From NCBI RefSeq assembly GCF_006345805.1, contig NC_042998.1, forward strand, positions 114,080,001 through 114,144,000: DNA of 64,000 bases, read 5' to 3'. Within the stretch, counting starts at the first letter, position 1. Each line of letters opens with the position of its first letter. Below, in pieces: positions 51,812-64,000 of this stretch. The position numbers were made by a program, and so were the translations under genes. The notes beneath the pieces were generated by a model. It ran no database searches. It was not told the origin of the DNA and saw nothing but the letters and a program-made list of their open reading frames with translations. Source of the stretch: Octopus sinensis (taxonomy: Eukaryota).

Positions 51812-52052
51812 CGAATAAGAATATATTAAACAATGGTTATACATATTAACACATATTTATCCTGTAGGGTATCCAACAATCACCCTCCTCGGCAAGTAAA
51901 CCAGTTTAGTCGCTGACGACCCGACCATGAAACAGGTTTTACTGGATTACATGTTACCAATAGCACTCAAGAGCAACCAGAAATAAGCACTCAAGTCTCT
52001 ATACATACAAGTGCGACCTCACGCACACACACACTCACTCACACACATACAT

Positions 52053-52086
<34 letters not shown>

Positions 52087-52138
52087 ACACACACACACAC
52101 ACATACACACACACAAACACACACAGACCCACACGAGG

Positions 52139-52825
52139 TGTTAACAGATCATCGTAAGCGCCACAACTTAAAAACCGAGAAAAACGCAGTGCCAGTTTCG
52201 CGATTTTCAGAATGGATATCTCAGCAAGGAATGAAGTTAGGAAGCTGGTTTTGGTTTTAAAATGGCCGCGAAGTTCTCCTATAATTATTCCACCAATGAA
52301 ATATTATTTATTTATGTGTGCATCTGAAGGATGAAACAATGACTACGTCATTCTCATTTTGCATCATATACCGGTACTACGAAACGCTGTATCGCATTGT
52401 ATATTTTAGCCATAATACTGATAACAGAAAACCCAAAGGTATTGTTTGTGTTTTGATATACCAAGGTAAGTAAGACAAGATAGTAAGATCATAGCTCATT
52501 ATCGTTACGATGGTAATGAGGAATATTCAAAAATGAGCCATAACACCTCGGAAAACGATACGGGGACCACACCAAACTTATAGACTGTGCGTGTGTGCTT
52601 ACGATGGTGTGTTACTAAACTCTTTGGTCCGAGATCGGGTGAGCGAGCGTCGTGTCAATAGCGTCGAGGCATACATTTTTTCAGCCGGATTTTCGACCTA
52701 ATTGCAAGCCTCACCGGTTCTTCCTTCTAACTTTTTCGAATTCTAGACGTCGAGAAGAAGAAAATGATATACCAACTTCGAAAATGCCCGGGATGGCGCT
52801 TACGACACTATGTTACTAAACGCCT
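52139..52825. mobile_element. Composite MITE-like element(s) with related ~25-bp termini
   Basis: taacagatcatcgtaagcgc (52142) is inverted relative to gtgcttacgatggtgtgttac (52595) and gcgcttacgacactatgttac (52796). Confidence 0.45.
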
Positions 52826-52846
52826 GGATATACATACATATATATA

Positions 52847-52889
<43 letters not shown>

Positions 52890-53024
52890 GCATGCAAATA
52901 TATGCATATATACATCCATATATATGTATATATGTATACATATATACATATATATATGTATATATATATATACATATATGTATGTATATATGTATATATA
53001 TATACATATATACATACATATATG

Positions 53025-53062
<38 letters not shown>

Positions 53063-53135
53063 TGTATACATATATGTAAATATGTATATATATATGTAAA
53101 TATGTATACATATACATGTATATATATGTATATAT

Positions 53136-53175
<40 letters not shown>

Positions 53176-53642
53176 GTAAAAAAATACAAACTGGGACAAA
53201 AACGCAAGACATTTAGAAGACGATACAAAAACACGGACGGGACATTCGAAGCCTTCAATCTTCAGTCAAGAACCGGATCATCCTCGCAATTTCGGCTGAT
53301 TAATCTTGAGATTGCTCCGACCTGGCCAGCCCCAAAGGAAAATCTAAGCCAAGCGCATTAGATTCCTATACATAGATAGATGGACAGATAGCTAGATAGA
53401 TAGAGAGAGAGAGAGAGGAAGAGAGAAAGAGGGAGAGAGAGAGAGAAAAGGGAAGAGAGGGAGAGAGAGGGAAAAGAGAGAGAAAGAAAAAGAGAAAGAC
53501 AGAGACAGAGTGGTGTGAGAAAGAGAGACTCGTATGTAGATGCAAATAATATTACAAGCTTTGTAACACTATTTGGAAATGTACTTAATTTATCGTGTAT
53601 CCTTGTGCCGATAAAGGAGAGATTATTATTATTATAACTGTT

Positions 53643-53675
<33 letters not shown>

Positions 53676-53999
53676 ATTGTTGTTATTATTATTATTATTA
53701 TTACTACTATTGTTATTATTATTATTATTATTATCATCATTATTATTATTATTATTATTATCATTATTATTATTATTATTATTATTGTTATTGTTATTGT
53801 TATTATTATTAATATTATTATTATCATTATTATTATTATTATTATTATTTTTACTTTTTTTCTTCTTTCAGATTTGCTTCCATTTCTTGCCGAGTGTCTT
53901 CCCGACTCCTAGGGCAAAGAAACTCATAGTTTACATTGGTAGGCCATTAAACCAAACTCAATAGTTCTTTTATTTTTTCTTTTTTCTTTTTAAGTTAAA

Positions 54000-54908
54000 T
54001 TAAAATACATGAGCAGCAACAGTTCTCACATCGACAATGCTCTTCTCAATACGTGTGATGTACCAGTTAAGACAATCTTTTGCACTTCTTGCAGGGATGG
54101 TAAGCCAGGGATCATTCTCATAATTTTCGGTTCCCTTCTTGATCATTCCTAGTGCTCCTACGATCACTGGTATTGTAACCGCTTTGAGATGCCACATTTT
54201 CTCAATTTCAATGAGTAGGTCTTTATATTTTCTGAGCTTGTCAAACTCTTTCACTGAGATATTATGATCACAGGGGATGCTCATGTCGATCAATAAGCAA
54301 ACTTTATTGTTTTGGTCTTTCACAACAATATCTGGTTTATTGGCCTTAATGGTTCGGTCTGTATGTACTGGAAAGTCCCACAGAATGGTTACATTTTCTC
54401 CTTCAGTTACAGCCTCAGGGTGGTGATTATACCACTTGTCGGCAGTTTTGATATTGTAATGCCGACTTATTAGCCAGTGTAGATATTGGCCAACTCTGTC
54501 ATGTCTTAATTTATACTCCACTGGTTCTAAGACTTTACATCCAGAGATTAGGTGGTCCACTGTTTCAATCATGTCGTTGCAGAATCGGCATTTTGGGTCT
54601 GCTCCATTTTTCATCACATTGGCCTGGTAGTTCCGGGTTAATAGGCTTTGATCTTGAGCAGCCAAGATGAAACCTTCGCTCTCTGCTTTTAGCCCTGAGC
54701 TCCGTAGCCACTGATGGGTTTGCTTCTGGTCAACATCAGCTTGTTTGCTGCGGGTCACATATTTGCCGTGCAGAGGTTTCTCCTCCCACCTATCAGCCAA
54801 TTGCTCGTGCGCTTTTTTCGTTGCCATCATTTTCACCTTCTTTGCAACAATAGTTGCCGTATCCCTCGGGTTGTTCAGTTTGGGTATCCTGCACGAGATC
54901 AATAGCAA
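54000..54908 (-). CDS. R4-clade C-terminal fragment: CCHC zinc knuckle + restriction-like (PD-D/ExK) endonuclease
   Basis: CRFCNDMIETVDHLISGC; RHD; KPDIVVKD..LLIDMSIP..EFDKLRKYKDL; VIVGALG. Confidence 0.88.
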   Translation of the reverse strand: MLLISCRIPKLNNPRDTATIVAKKVKMMATKKAHEQLADRWEEKPLHGKYVTRSKQADVDQKQTHQWLRSSGLKAESEGFILAAQDQSLLTRNYQANVMKNGADPKCRFCNDMIETVDHLISGCKVLEPVEYKLRHDRVGQYLHWLISRHYNIKTADKWYNHHPEAVTEGENVTILWDFPVHTDRTIKANKPDIVVKDQNNKVCLLIDMSIPCDHNISVKEFDKLRKYKDLLIEIEKMWHLKAVTIPVIVGALGMIKKGTENYENDPWLTIPARSAKDCLNWYITRIEKSIVDVRTVAAHVF

Positions 54909-54982
54909 ATTTTTTGCTGTCCTTTATGATAGAATGAAGCTTCTTTCGTCTCTCGTGATTTTCCACGAGCTTTAGCATCGAT

Positions 54983-56443
54983 TCATTCGAGATATTTGGC
55001 CAGTCCAATTGTGGTTGTTTTGTAAGCTAGTTCAAATTGGATCAGGCCTCGACCTCCTTGGGCTCTGGGAAGGTAAAGGCGATCTATGTCTGCCTTTGGG
55101 TGGTGCATCCTATTACAACTCAGCAGCTTGCGTATTTTTCTATCTATATTCTTTACTTCACTCATATTCCAGTTCAACACATTGTAGCTATAAGTAACAA
55201 CTGGAACTGCTAAGGAATTTATAGCTAACACCTTGTTACGTGCATTTAGTTCAGATTTCAGGACTGCACGAACTCTCCTATAACATTCCTTCCTGACCTT
55301 CTCTTTCATGCTTGCATGCTGAATACCAGAGCCTTCATTTATCCCTAAATATTTGTATGTTTGTTCTTGCTCAAGCTCTCTTACAACTGTGTCAACATCT
55401 AACACGACTGAATTTGTGGTCTTCACTTTCCCTTTCTGGAAAGTGGCCTTGGCACACTTCTCAAGTCCAAACTCCATCCCGATGTCATCGCTGAATGCTT
55501 TCACGGTGCGCAATAGGCCTTCAAGTTCATTATTGTCTTTACCATAAAGTTTTAAGTCATCCATATAAAATAGATGGCTTATTTTTTTATTGGCAATTTT
55601 ATACCCATACCCTGTTCTGTTTAATTCACTTGTAAGGGGTATTAGTGCTATGCAGAATATTAAAGGTGAAAGTGAGTCACCTTGAAAAATTCCACAGTTG
55701 ATGTTTATATTTTCTGAGGCAAGTACTCCATTAGAGTGGTATAATTGGAGATTCGTATTCCACAACGACATATTGTGCTTCAGGAAGTTTGAAATCACAG
55801 GTGAAATTTTGAAGATGTCCAGCGATCTCATGATCCATGGATGTGGTATACTGTCGAAGGCCTTTTTATAGTCAATCCATGCGGTGCTGAGATTTCTGCG
55901 CTTGTTGTGACAGTTCTCAAGGATCATACGATTGATTAGCAGTAGATCTTTGCATCCGTAAGAGCCTCGGCGGCACCCTTTTTGTTCAATGGGGAAAATA
56001 TCGTTCTTCTCCATGAATGCATATGTTTTCTCCGTCAGGATAGATGTTAGGATTTTATACGTGGTGGATAGACAGGTTATAGGCCGATAGTTTTTTGGAA
56101 GGTTGGTTTCGTTATTCTTTGGGAGTAGGTAAGTAATGCCACTTGCTAACCATTCAGGTGTTTTCTTTGGGTCTCTCATAATTCCATTGAGCAGCTGAAC
56201 TAGCTTACCGTGTGCGCATGGGAGCGATGCGAGCCAGAAATTCGGCACCCTATCTTTACCGGGGGATTTCCAATTATGGGCCTTCGTGAGTGCCTTTCTT
56301 AGGTCTGCTATTGTGATGTCTTCCCATGCTTGTTGTTGTAAATTTTGGTAGGATCCTTCAGTTTGTATAATCCTGTCTGCATTTATGTTGTACGTCTTCT
56401 TGTCACTCCAAATCCTTTTCCAAAAGTTTTGAACTTCTTCCAT
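54983..56443 (-). CDS. R4-clade reverse transcriptase domain (frameshift-bounded fragment)
   Basis: KSPGKD, NYRPITCL, EQKGC, WIDYKKAFDSIPH, GIFQGDSLSPLIFC, HLFYMDDLKL, YKYLGI, HPKADIDRLY. Confidence 0.92.
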   Translation of the reverse strand: MEEVQNFWKRIWSDKKTYNINADRIIQTEGSYQNLQQQAWEDITIADLRKALTKAHNWKSPGKDRVPNFWLASLPCAHGKLVQLLNGIMRDPKKTPEWLASGITYLLPKNNETNLPKNYRPITCLSTTYKILTSILTEKTYAFMEKNDIFPIEQKGCRRGSYGCKDLLLINRMILENCHNKRRNLSTAWIDYKKAFDSIPHPWIMRSLDIFKISPVISNFLKHNMSLWNTNLQLYHSNGVLASENININCGIFQGDSLSPLIFCIALIPLTSELNRTGYGYKIANKKISHLFYMDDLKLYGKDNNELEGLLRTVKAFSDDIGMEFGLEKCAKATFQKGKVKTTNSVVLDVDTVVRELEQEQTYKYLGINEGSGIQHASMKEKVRKECYRRVRAVLKSELNARNKVLAINSLAVPVVTYSYNVLNWNMSEVKNIDRKIRKLLSCNRMHHPKADIDRLYLPRAQGGRGLIQFELAYKTTTIGLAKYLE

Positions 56444-58193
56444 GGGAGGGGGGGTCTTTAACGGTTACTTTCTCCTTCCCTATTTCTCTGTAGAATTTTT
56501 TGGCATTGGATGTGAACAGCTTATTTTGCTTGTAAAACTTGTTTCTCTTCTCAAATCTTCGTATTCTTTGAGCTTTTGCTTGGACTTTTTCTTTCAGCGT
56601 TTCTTTTATTGATATCAGTTCTTCTCTTGGTGAGGATCCAAATTTTCTCTTCATCTTTCTTCCTGTTCTGGATCTTACATCATTTCCACATATTAGTTCA
56701 TTTAATATTGATATTTCCCCTCTCATAAATTCAATCTCTTTTTCAATTTTACTTCTCTAGGTTTGATTTCTTCCCAGGTTTTGTTTTTTTTTGTTTTTTC
56801 GGGGCATACAGCTGGTTTAAATTGCCCTAGCAGAAGCGTAAATAATTTCATTTAACTCAGTAAAATCAGGTTTTAATTCTCGTATTATTTCATTTGTTAC
56901 ATAGTTGCCAATTTGGATTTGTTTTTTATTTTGGTTTGTATTTGAGAGTTTATGAAGTGGTTCTCTATCATTCATACTTGTATGTCTTACAACTTCAAGC
57001 TTATTCAGGATTTTCTGCCTCATTTCTGCCATAGACTCTCTGTGTTCTTCAGCAAATGCGAGATCTTCAGTTACTGTTGTTTTTTTCGTTTTCCTGGCTA
57101 TCTTTAACAGGTACAATAGAATTTCTTGTATCTTCAGGCCTTTGCGTACTTTGGTCAGATGGCAGTCTTTCAATTAAGCCTCGTGACGGGCTATACTGTT
57201 CATCTGATTCTTCATTTCCTTTGTGTTTATATTTATGTCATTTTCCGTTGCGTGCTTGATCGCGCTTATTTCACTGTCTGTGAGTCTGTTATTTCTAAGG
57301 ATATCCCTCCTCACATTTGCTAATTTGTTCTCGTCCAAATAGGGCCTACTGTCTTGATTCCGTGTTCTCCATATACTGTAAGAGTTTGCGGTGTGTCTCT
57401 CTTGAGATGGCCTACCTAATGCATAGTAATAAGCGTATATTACTTCTTTATACTCTTCTCGGGTCCATTTGTTCCGCTTACATTTTTCTTTCTGTGGTGG
57501 TTGTGGTGGTGAACTTGGAGGGCTCGAGTTGGGGGATTTCCCGTTCAAGTGACCATCCATGTCCGTATTCGGAGAAGAGTTTGTGCCAGTTGATGACTTT
57601 TCGATCCCAGGCTGGCTCTTCCCTGGGGGACGCGCTTCCAGATTAACCATAGGACAAGCGATTTGGTATACTGATTTAGTTTTCCTTTTAGTTTCCAAAA
57701 ACATTTTGGTGCTATGATAATGTTATCATTTTTTAGCTTTGATTGGCTCGTGGGGAGACGGCCATCATTGCCATTACAATTATAATCGTACCATTATAGC
57801 AGCCGTAGTCGGCTTATTATTGTTATTATCATCACCATTATTATCACTATCATCATTATCACCACCATTACCATCATCATTATCATCATCACCATCACCA
57901 TCATCATCATCATCAATGATATTGTTTTATGTGTAGTCACAGCAGTATCTTATTATTGTTATTTTTTGTTTTTTTTATCATTATCACCATCACAATAGTG
58001 TCTGTCTGTCTCGTTGGCTGGCTTGGTGGTTGGCTGGCTGACTGTCTTCAATGCCAGAGTTCATGCCTGTCAAATGATACTTTCATATTTGGTTAACAAT
58101 AGAGCCGAGGTGAGGTTTTGTGTTGGTTGAACTCTTTGAGTGTGTGTGTGTGTGTAGATAGATAGATAGATTATCAGCACTATTACTATCATT

Positions 58194-58225
<32 letters not shown>

Positions 58226-58226
58226 A

Positions 58227-58275
<49 letters not shown>

Positions 58276-58902
58276 GACATAGTAGTAGTAGTAGTATTAT
58301 AATTGTTGCTGTTGTTTCTGCTGTTGTTTCCTTACTGAAACACTTCCCTTTAGCTACCATACAACATGATATACAAAGGAAATTAGACTTAGATACGTAT
58401 ATTAAAAGCCAGTAGCTTTACTTTATGTTTTTCACGTTTTTTTAATATATATTTAAATTCATTCCAGTGAAATGAATACCATTCCTAGCCTCTGTCCTTT
58501 TTAACACTCCCCATCTGCAAACCCCTTAAAAGGAAAATACTGAAATAACAGCAAATCCTTATGTTTTTTTTTTCCTTTTCTCTGAACGTCCTCAAATATT
58601 GATTTATTACATTACTAGAAACCCGGACGGCTCTTTGGGAGAGAAACAATCGTTTGAAAAGGATCAGAATTCATATTTGATATGTAATTATTTTGTATAT
58701 TGATGAGTTCAATTTCGCTTTTGATCCCTCAATAAACCATCAGTCAAGCAAAAGGTTCGCTTCTGTTCAGACACTTCTCCCCTTTTCTTTGTCAGAATCA
58801 GCTATATTGTGTTATGAAAGAGTCGTGGAGGAAGCGTACCCAGTAACTCTTTCCTCTAAGAAATAGTGGAAAGTTGCCATGGAAGGTTTCCTGTTTTGAG
58901 AA

Positions 58903-59037
<135 letters not shown>

Positions 59038-59042
59038 CTGTT

Positions 59043-59238
59043 CTTCTCTAGGCACTAGGCCTGAAATTTTGGGAGAGGGGGCTAGTCGATTAGATTGAAT
59101 CAGTATGCAACTGGTACTTAATTTATCGAGCCCCGAAAGGATGAAAGGCAAAGTCGATCCCGGAGGAATTTGAACTCACAACGTAAAAACAGACGAAATA
59201 CCCCTAAGCATTTCGCCGGCGTGCTAACGTTTCTGCCA
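59043..59238 (-). mobile_element. SINE S1 copy
   Basis: S1 core motif. Confidence 0.75.
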
Positions 59239-59249
59239 CTATATATATG

Positions 59250-59543
59250 CTGAAACCTCCTTCGGTTATGACTGACCATAGGATTGCACCTAGAAAGTTA
59301 CCCTCCCAGGCACAAATCCGGGCAAGGTTGTTTGTGGAAGACCAGCAGTCGCCCATGCATACCGGCCTACCCTCTCCACGCTGGGCACCTGTGACGTCGC
59401 AACTCATTTCTACAGCTGAGTGAACTGGAGCAACGTGAAATAAACTGTCTTGCTGAAGAACACAACACGCAGCCCAGTCCAGGATTCGAACTCTCAACCT
59501 CACGATCGTAAGCTCGACGCTCTAGCAACTGAGCCATACGCCT
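59250..59543 (-). mobile_element. tRNA-derived SINE (S3-like)
   Basis: Minus strand head ggcgtatggctcagttgctagagcgtcgagc...agttcgaatcc. Confidence 0.72.
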
Positions 59544-59568
59544 TTACATATTATATATATATACATAC

Positions 59569-59649
<81 letters not shown>

Positions 59650-59848
59650 GAGAGAGCGAGAGAGCAAGAGAAATATTATTATTTCTAAATCTCTCTAAAG
59701 GAGACTATGGCAGCAGTACTGGCTACTGGATATTAATAGCTATCACCAAGTTAACATGGCGGTCCAGAAAAATAGAACGAATGCTGCCGTCTGCAACAGC
59801 ATTCGCCCTATTTTTCTGGACTATCATGTTAGCTTGGCGATAACTATA

Positions 59849-59897
<49 letters not shown>

Positions 59898-60000
59898 GTG
59901 TGTATATATATACATACATACATACATATATATATATATGTATGTATATATCGCTTGACAACTAGGGGTGTTAACTTCATAAATTTTAATGAAATTCCTT

Positions 60001-60097
<97 letters not shown>

Positions 60098-60263
60098 TAT
60101 TATCATTATTATTATTATTATTATTTATTATTATTATTATCATATTTACCATAAGTGATATCAGCACAGCTCCAATAAAATTGCTGATGTAAGTTGGAAT
60201 TACTAGGCCCTAACCAGAATAATAGCATAAGAGCTTTTATGTGCGTACTCAAAAACGTTTTCC

Positions 60264-60318
<55 letters not shown>

Positions 60319-60689
60319 TATGTTAATTGAGGCATGGCTGCTTCTGCAACTTCTCTGACTATAATTATTTATAAGATTTTCTGTACTTTTCAAACAAAAA
60401 CATCCATTATTACTTTGTCCAATGAATTATTTCCTCGTTTTAGACAGTAGATGGTGATATGCGCTAAGTTACAGCCAGTCGAAAGGCCCCGAATCAGCTC
60501 TCTCGTTGGATTGAGTGTGGGTTGTGTAAATGTGTGTATGTGAAAGCAGGATAACCTGGTGAACGATCATTCTGGATCACTTTAAACACAACTTTTAGCT
60601 TAGACCGGATCATATGGGATATCCTCTTGGATTCTGAATCTTTTGCATACCGAGGAAAATAAGGGTAATCTGCCTCATCAATTTTCGAC

Positions 60690-60960
60690 TTCATGTTCTG
60701 AGTTCAAATTACGCCATGGTTACTTTGCCTCTCACCCTTTTGGGGTCGATAAATTAAGTACCTGTGAAGCAATGGAGTCGATATAGCCGACTAACCTCCT
60801 CCCTCCAAATTTCATTCTACTTCGGCGGTGAGCTGGCAGAATCATTACCACGCCGGATAAAATGCTTAGTGTCCTTTTGTCCGTCTTTATATTCTCAGCA
60901 TAAATTTCGCCGAGGTTGACTTGCTCTTTGTACCAGCTAAGACCTGGAGCCGATTTAATT
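60690..60960 (+). mobile_element. Two degenerate SINE S1 fragments
   Basis: gttctgagttcaaatt...ggggtcgataaattaagtacc and ggcggtgagctggcagaatc. Confidence 0.65.
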
Positions 60961-61415
60961 AACCTCCCCCTTCATTGAAAAACTGCTAGCCCTGTGTCAA
61001 AATGTTGAAACCATTGTCATCATACTACTACTGCTACCACTATCACTACTACCACACTTACGTTGCATGTCTCCTTTTGTTGTAACAACAACAAAAACAA
61101 CATCAAAAATAACAGCAAATTTTTCTAATTTAATATAATTCAATTTAGATTTGATATTCAATTGTAATCAAGACATATTTGAAGCGATCGTTAAAACTCA
61201 CGGCTATTTTCACATTGTTTTGGATATAAAAACGTGTGTGAAACATCGGTAAAAGTTACACTTGCCTGTATTCAGATCTAATCTCGATTTATTTTTCGCT
61301 AAATCTCTCGCGTGAACGACAGTTCTACGATTAACCAGTACAGTAAAAATATTTCAGGTCCTTTTGAGCTTGTTTATTTATTTATTTATTGTTTGATCAT
61401 GAAATATACATACAC

Positions 61416-61512
<97 letters not shown>

Positions 61513-63159
61513 TAAGCTACGTTTCGTTTTCTGTTATCACCATGATTATGATGATCGCTCGTTCAGATAGACACGTGTAAATCTTTTACACATCTATACA
61601 TTCCTGTATTCTTCCTGTGTTCGGCATGTACATGCACAAACAAAAGGAAAAGCATATATAAATACGCATAAATATATGTGTTAGTATGTGAATGTTTACC
61701 GGCATGAATAGTTAAGTGTATTAATGCATCTGTGTATGCAGTTTTACAGACATTCATATTTCTATTTATTTCTGGAATGTAATTAATATATATATATATA
61801 CATACGTACATACGTATACATGTATGTATGTTTGTGTGTATGGATATGTGCACGTATGGTTTATTGGGTAATGAATGTGCATAACATATACTTATATATG
61901 AATATATTTACACGTATATATATATTTATATATATACGCACACACACATGTATATATATATATATATTTATGCATACATTTATAAATATATTCTTAAGTC
62001 CACCATTTCGTCAATCGCAGCAGCTTCCACGCTTCACCACTAATCCAGTTCTTAACTGAATTACAAACTGGTAACAGTTCTAAAGAGGACACCTCCTCAG
62101 CTACACTTTGGCATAAATAGTTTGAGATTTGGTTCAGTAGAAAAAAATTACATCAAAATATCTGCAACCTCAAGGTGGGGAGGGGCAGTAAGGCCCCTAT
62201 TCACATTCACACTGTGGAGTACGTATTTGTCTTGTGTGTGAATATCTATGTTCCTAGAAAGGCAGTGTCATTTTAGGTAACATTTCTCCAAGGAATAATT
62301 TCCTTTAGCTGGATATAAAACCGGAGTATTCTTGAAGACATTAATCTGTTCCATGTAGTTTTATATCAAGTCCTGCATGACTATCTTCTTTTACAAAGCC
62401 TGGTGAGAGATATAGTTCTCGAAACAATGTTCTCTAATTTACCAATATGACAATTCAGTCTACATAACAAAATTACATTACATGTTAACTCATATCTTAT
62501 AAGTTGTATTTCTAACTAACTAAAACTTATTTTTTGTTAGTATTGCTACTGTTTAATTATGGTTGGATACGATTGCTGTGAGAAAGGCAAGAGAAAATAG
62601 ACATACTTTTACAGGAAACCAGTAAAATCATTGTCATTCTTACTGCATAAATGTGTTTCATTTTTTATACCGAAAAGAAAATTCCATACAATTATGTCGA
62701 TTTACTGCCGAGTAAACATCGGGCGAATCTTTTGGTCTTTTATAATGCGTTTGGCTGTAAAAGCCTGTCTATAGAGAAGTGCTAAACGAATGACAATCAG
62801 ACGAAAGGATGTGTAAGCTGTGATAATTTTCCTGAAGATGCCATGTCTTGTGGCTGTAAAGCTGTAAGTTCTGTGGCACAAATAATCTATTGAAGGGATA
62901 TGTAGACCACGTCAGCTGCTGAAGCTACATATTGCTTGTGGTCAGTAAAGTTGTTTGTTCTTGAGAAAAGGAAAGGCGGAAGGCGGCGTCGAATCTGTGA
63001 CGCGGAATCTGCATTTTCTGTCAAGACGAGTATCTCTCAAAAGCTACGTACTATTTTATAATAAATTTATAAGTGGCATATTCAATAGTTGTTCGATTAG
63101 TTCATTTAATTAGAATAAATATAAATATGTTGGTACACCTCGTCTTTAAAATAAAAGAA

Positions 63160-63514
63160 AACAAGAGTACCCAGAGAGCGCAAATCTCCACCAAGGCCCT
63201 CTCAACAATTATCCAGAAATGATTTTTAAAATGAGAAGATCAGAAATAAACTCGACTGTTCTCAGAAATGAGAATACTAAAAATGAACGTGACCGCTCTC
63301 AAAAAGTATGTAAAAACAGGAAAAATTATCCAGAATCCTTGTTCGGTACCAGATAGATTCCAAAATCTAAACAATTCTTGTTAGTCACAAGGCCAAAGAT
63401 TTCTGAAATGTTCATACGAATACATCCAGTGGTTCTTGAGATATCTTGTCCACGAACAAGCATACAAACACGACTGAAAACAATACATTCGCCTTCGCTA
63501 AGGTGGGGGTAATA
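63160..63514 (+). mobile_element. Possible Helentron-associated (DINE-1/HINE-like) non-autonomous element
   Basis: 5' ctccaccaaggc motif, internal repeat aattatccagaa, and a 3' GC-rich hairpin cgcctt-cgct-aaggtg followed by gggtaata. Confidence 0.45.
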
Positions 63515-64000
63515 AGCATTAACTAAGCTTTTACCCACGTTAGTTTATAAATATAGTAAACCAGGGAAAATCATGAATTAAATATATGAAATATATTTAA
63601 TATATGAATTGTTACGTTTATCATCTTAGTTACTATTTTTCACTTTGTAAAACATAATTTTATTATTTTCGAAGAACACTGTTTTGGAACAACTTGTATA
63701 AATACTCACGAAATATATGTCATGTTAGCGATGAAGAATTTGTTGGTTTGAGCTAAACATGGCACTTCAGCGTTAAGCAAATTTTCAAAATGTTTTAGAA
63801 AGGCATGCCATCGCTATATTTAACATTTTCACGGAAACTATTTCAAAGGAATTCTGTTGCTACCCTATTAATCTTCGCAGCGTTTCCAATATTTCTCTTT
63901 TTTCGGTATGTTTCTACAATTTTCACTTTTGATATCAAAACTTGATTATTTTGGTAATAAGGAAAGAAAACAATTTTTCTTCTTCATTTTGTCCAAGAAT

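Larger units (their letters stand above)
53850..57760 (-). mobile_element. Near-complete R4/Dong-like non-LTR retrotransposon (single long ORF broken by several frameshifts), 3' end abutting (TAA)n
   Basis: N-terminal KWTREEYKEVIYAYYYA domain, RT, CCHC knuckle and restriction-like endonuclease are colinear. The 5' boundary is approximate. Confidence 0.9.

Noticed and set aside
57560-57770. HDV-like ribozyme in the R4 5' region
   Set aside because: Could not fit the nested double pseudoknot by eye; needs an RNArobo or Infernal search.
62000-63060. Unique, moderately GC-richer stretch with fragmentary peptides
   Set aside because: Multiple stops in all frames and no recognisable family.

Overview
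AT-rich, microsatellite-saturated eukaryotic DNA. The SINE families look like those of Octopus or a related cephalopod (recognition from memory, not a database search). I can support no host protein-coding gene, and nearly all ORFs in the supplied track are microsatellite artefacts. The window is a mosaic of mobile elements: three tRNA-type SINE families; decayed Tc1/mariner transposons; a long CR1-like LINE (APE+RT, ORF1 with CCCH fingers); a near-complete R4/Dong-like RLE retrotransposon plus three truncated relatives, all abutting (TAA)n; MITE-like inverted-arm elements; and tandem duplications bounded by microsatellites. The most notable signal is two arrays (23334-24972 and 46521-48369) of a ~480-bp non-coding unit. 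Each unit carries a type I hammerhead ribozyme with the canonical CUGAUGA/GAAA core and a palindromic stem III (7 ribozymes in total). The two arrays are diverged subfamilies. They keep the same ~480-nt spacing between cleavage sites and show compensatory base changes inside and outside the ribozyme. Both are built as two divergent arms, each longer than one unit, whose 3' ends fall at homologous positions in (TA)n microsatellites. This fits a retrozyme-like (circular RNA-templated, Penelope-type) mobile ribozyme system. A third, 469-bp-period element has the same architecture but no canonical hammerhead.
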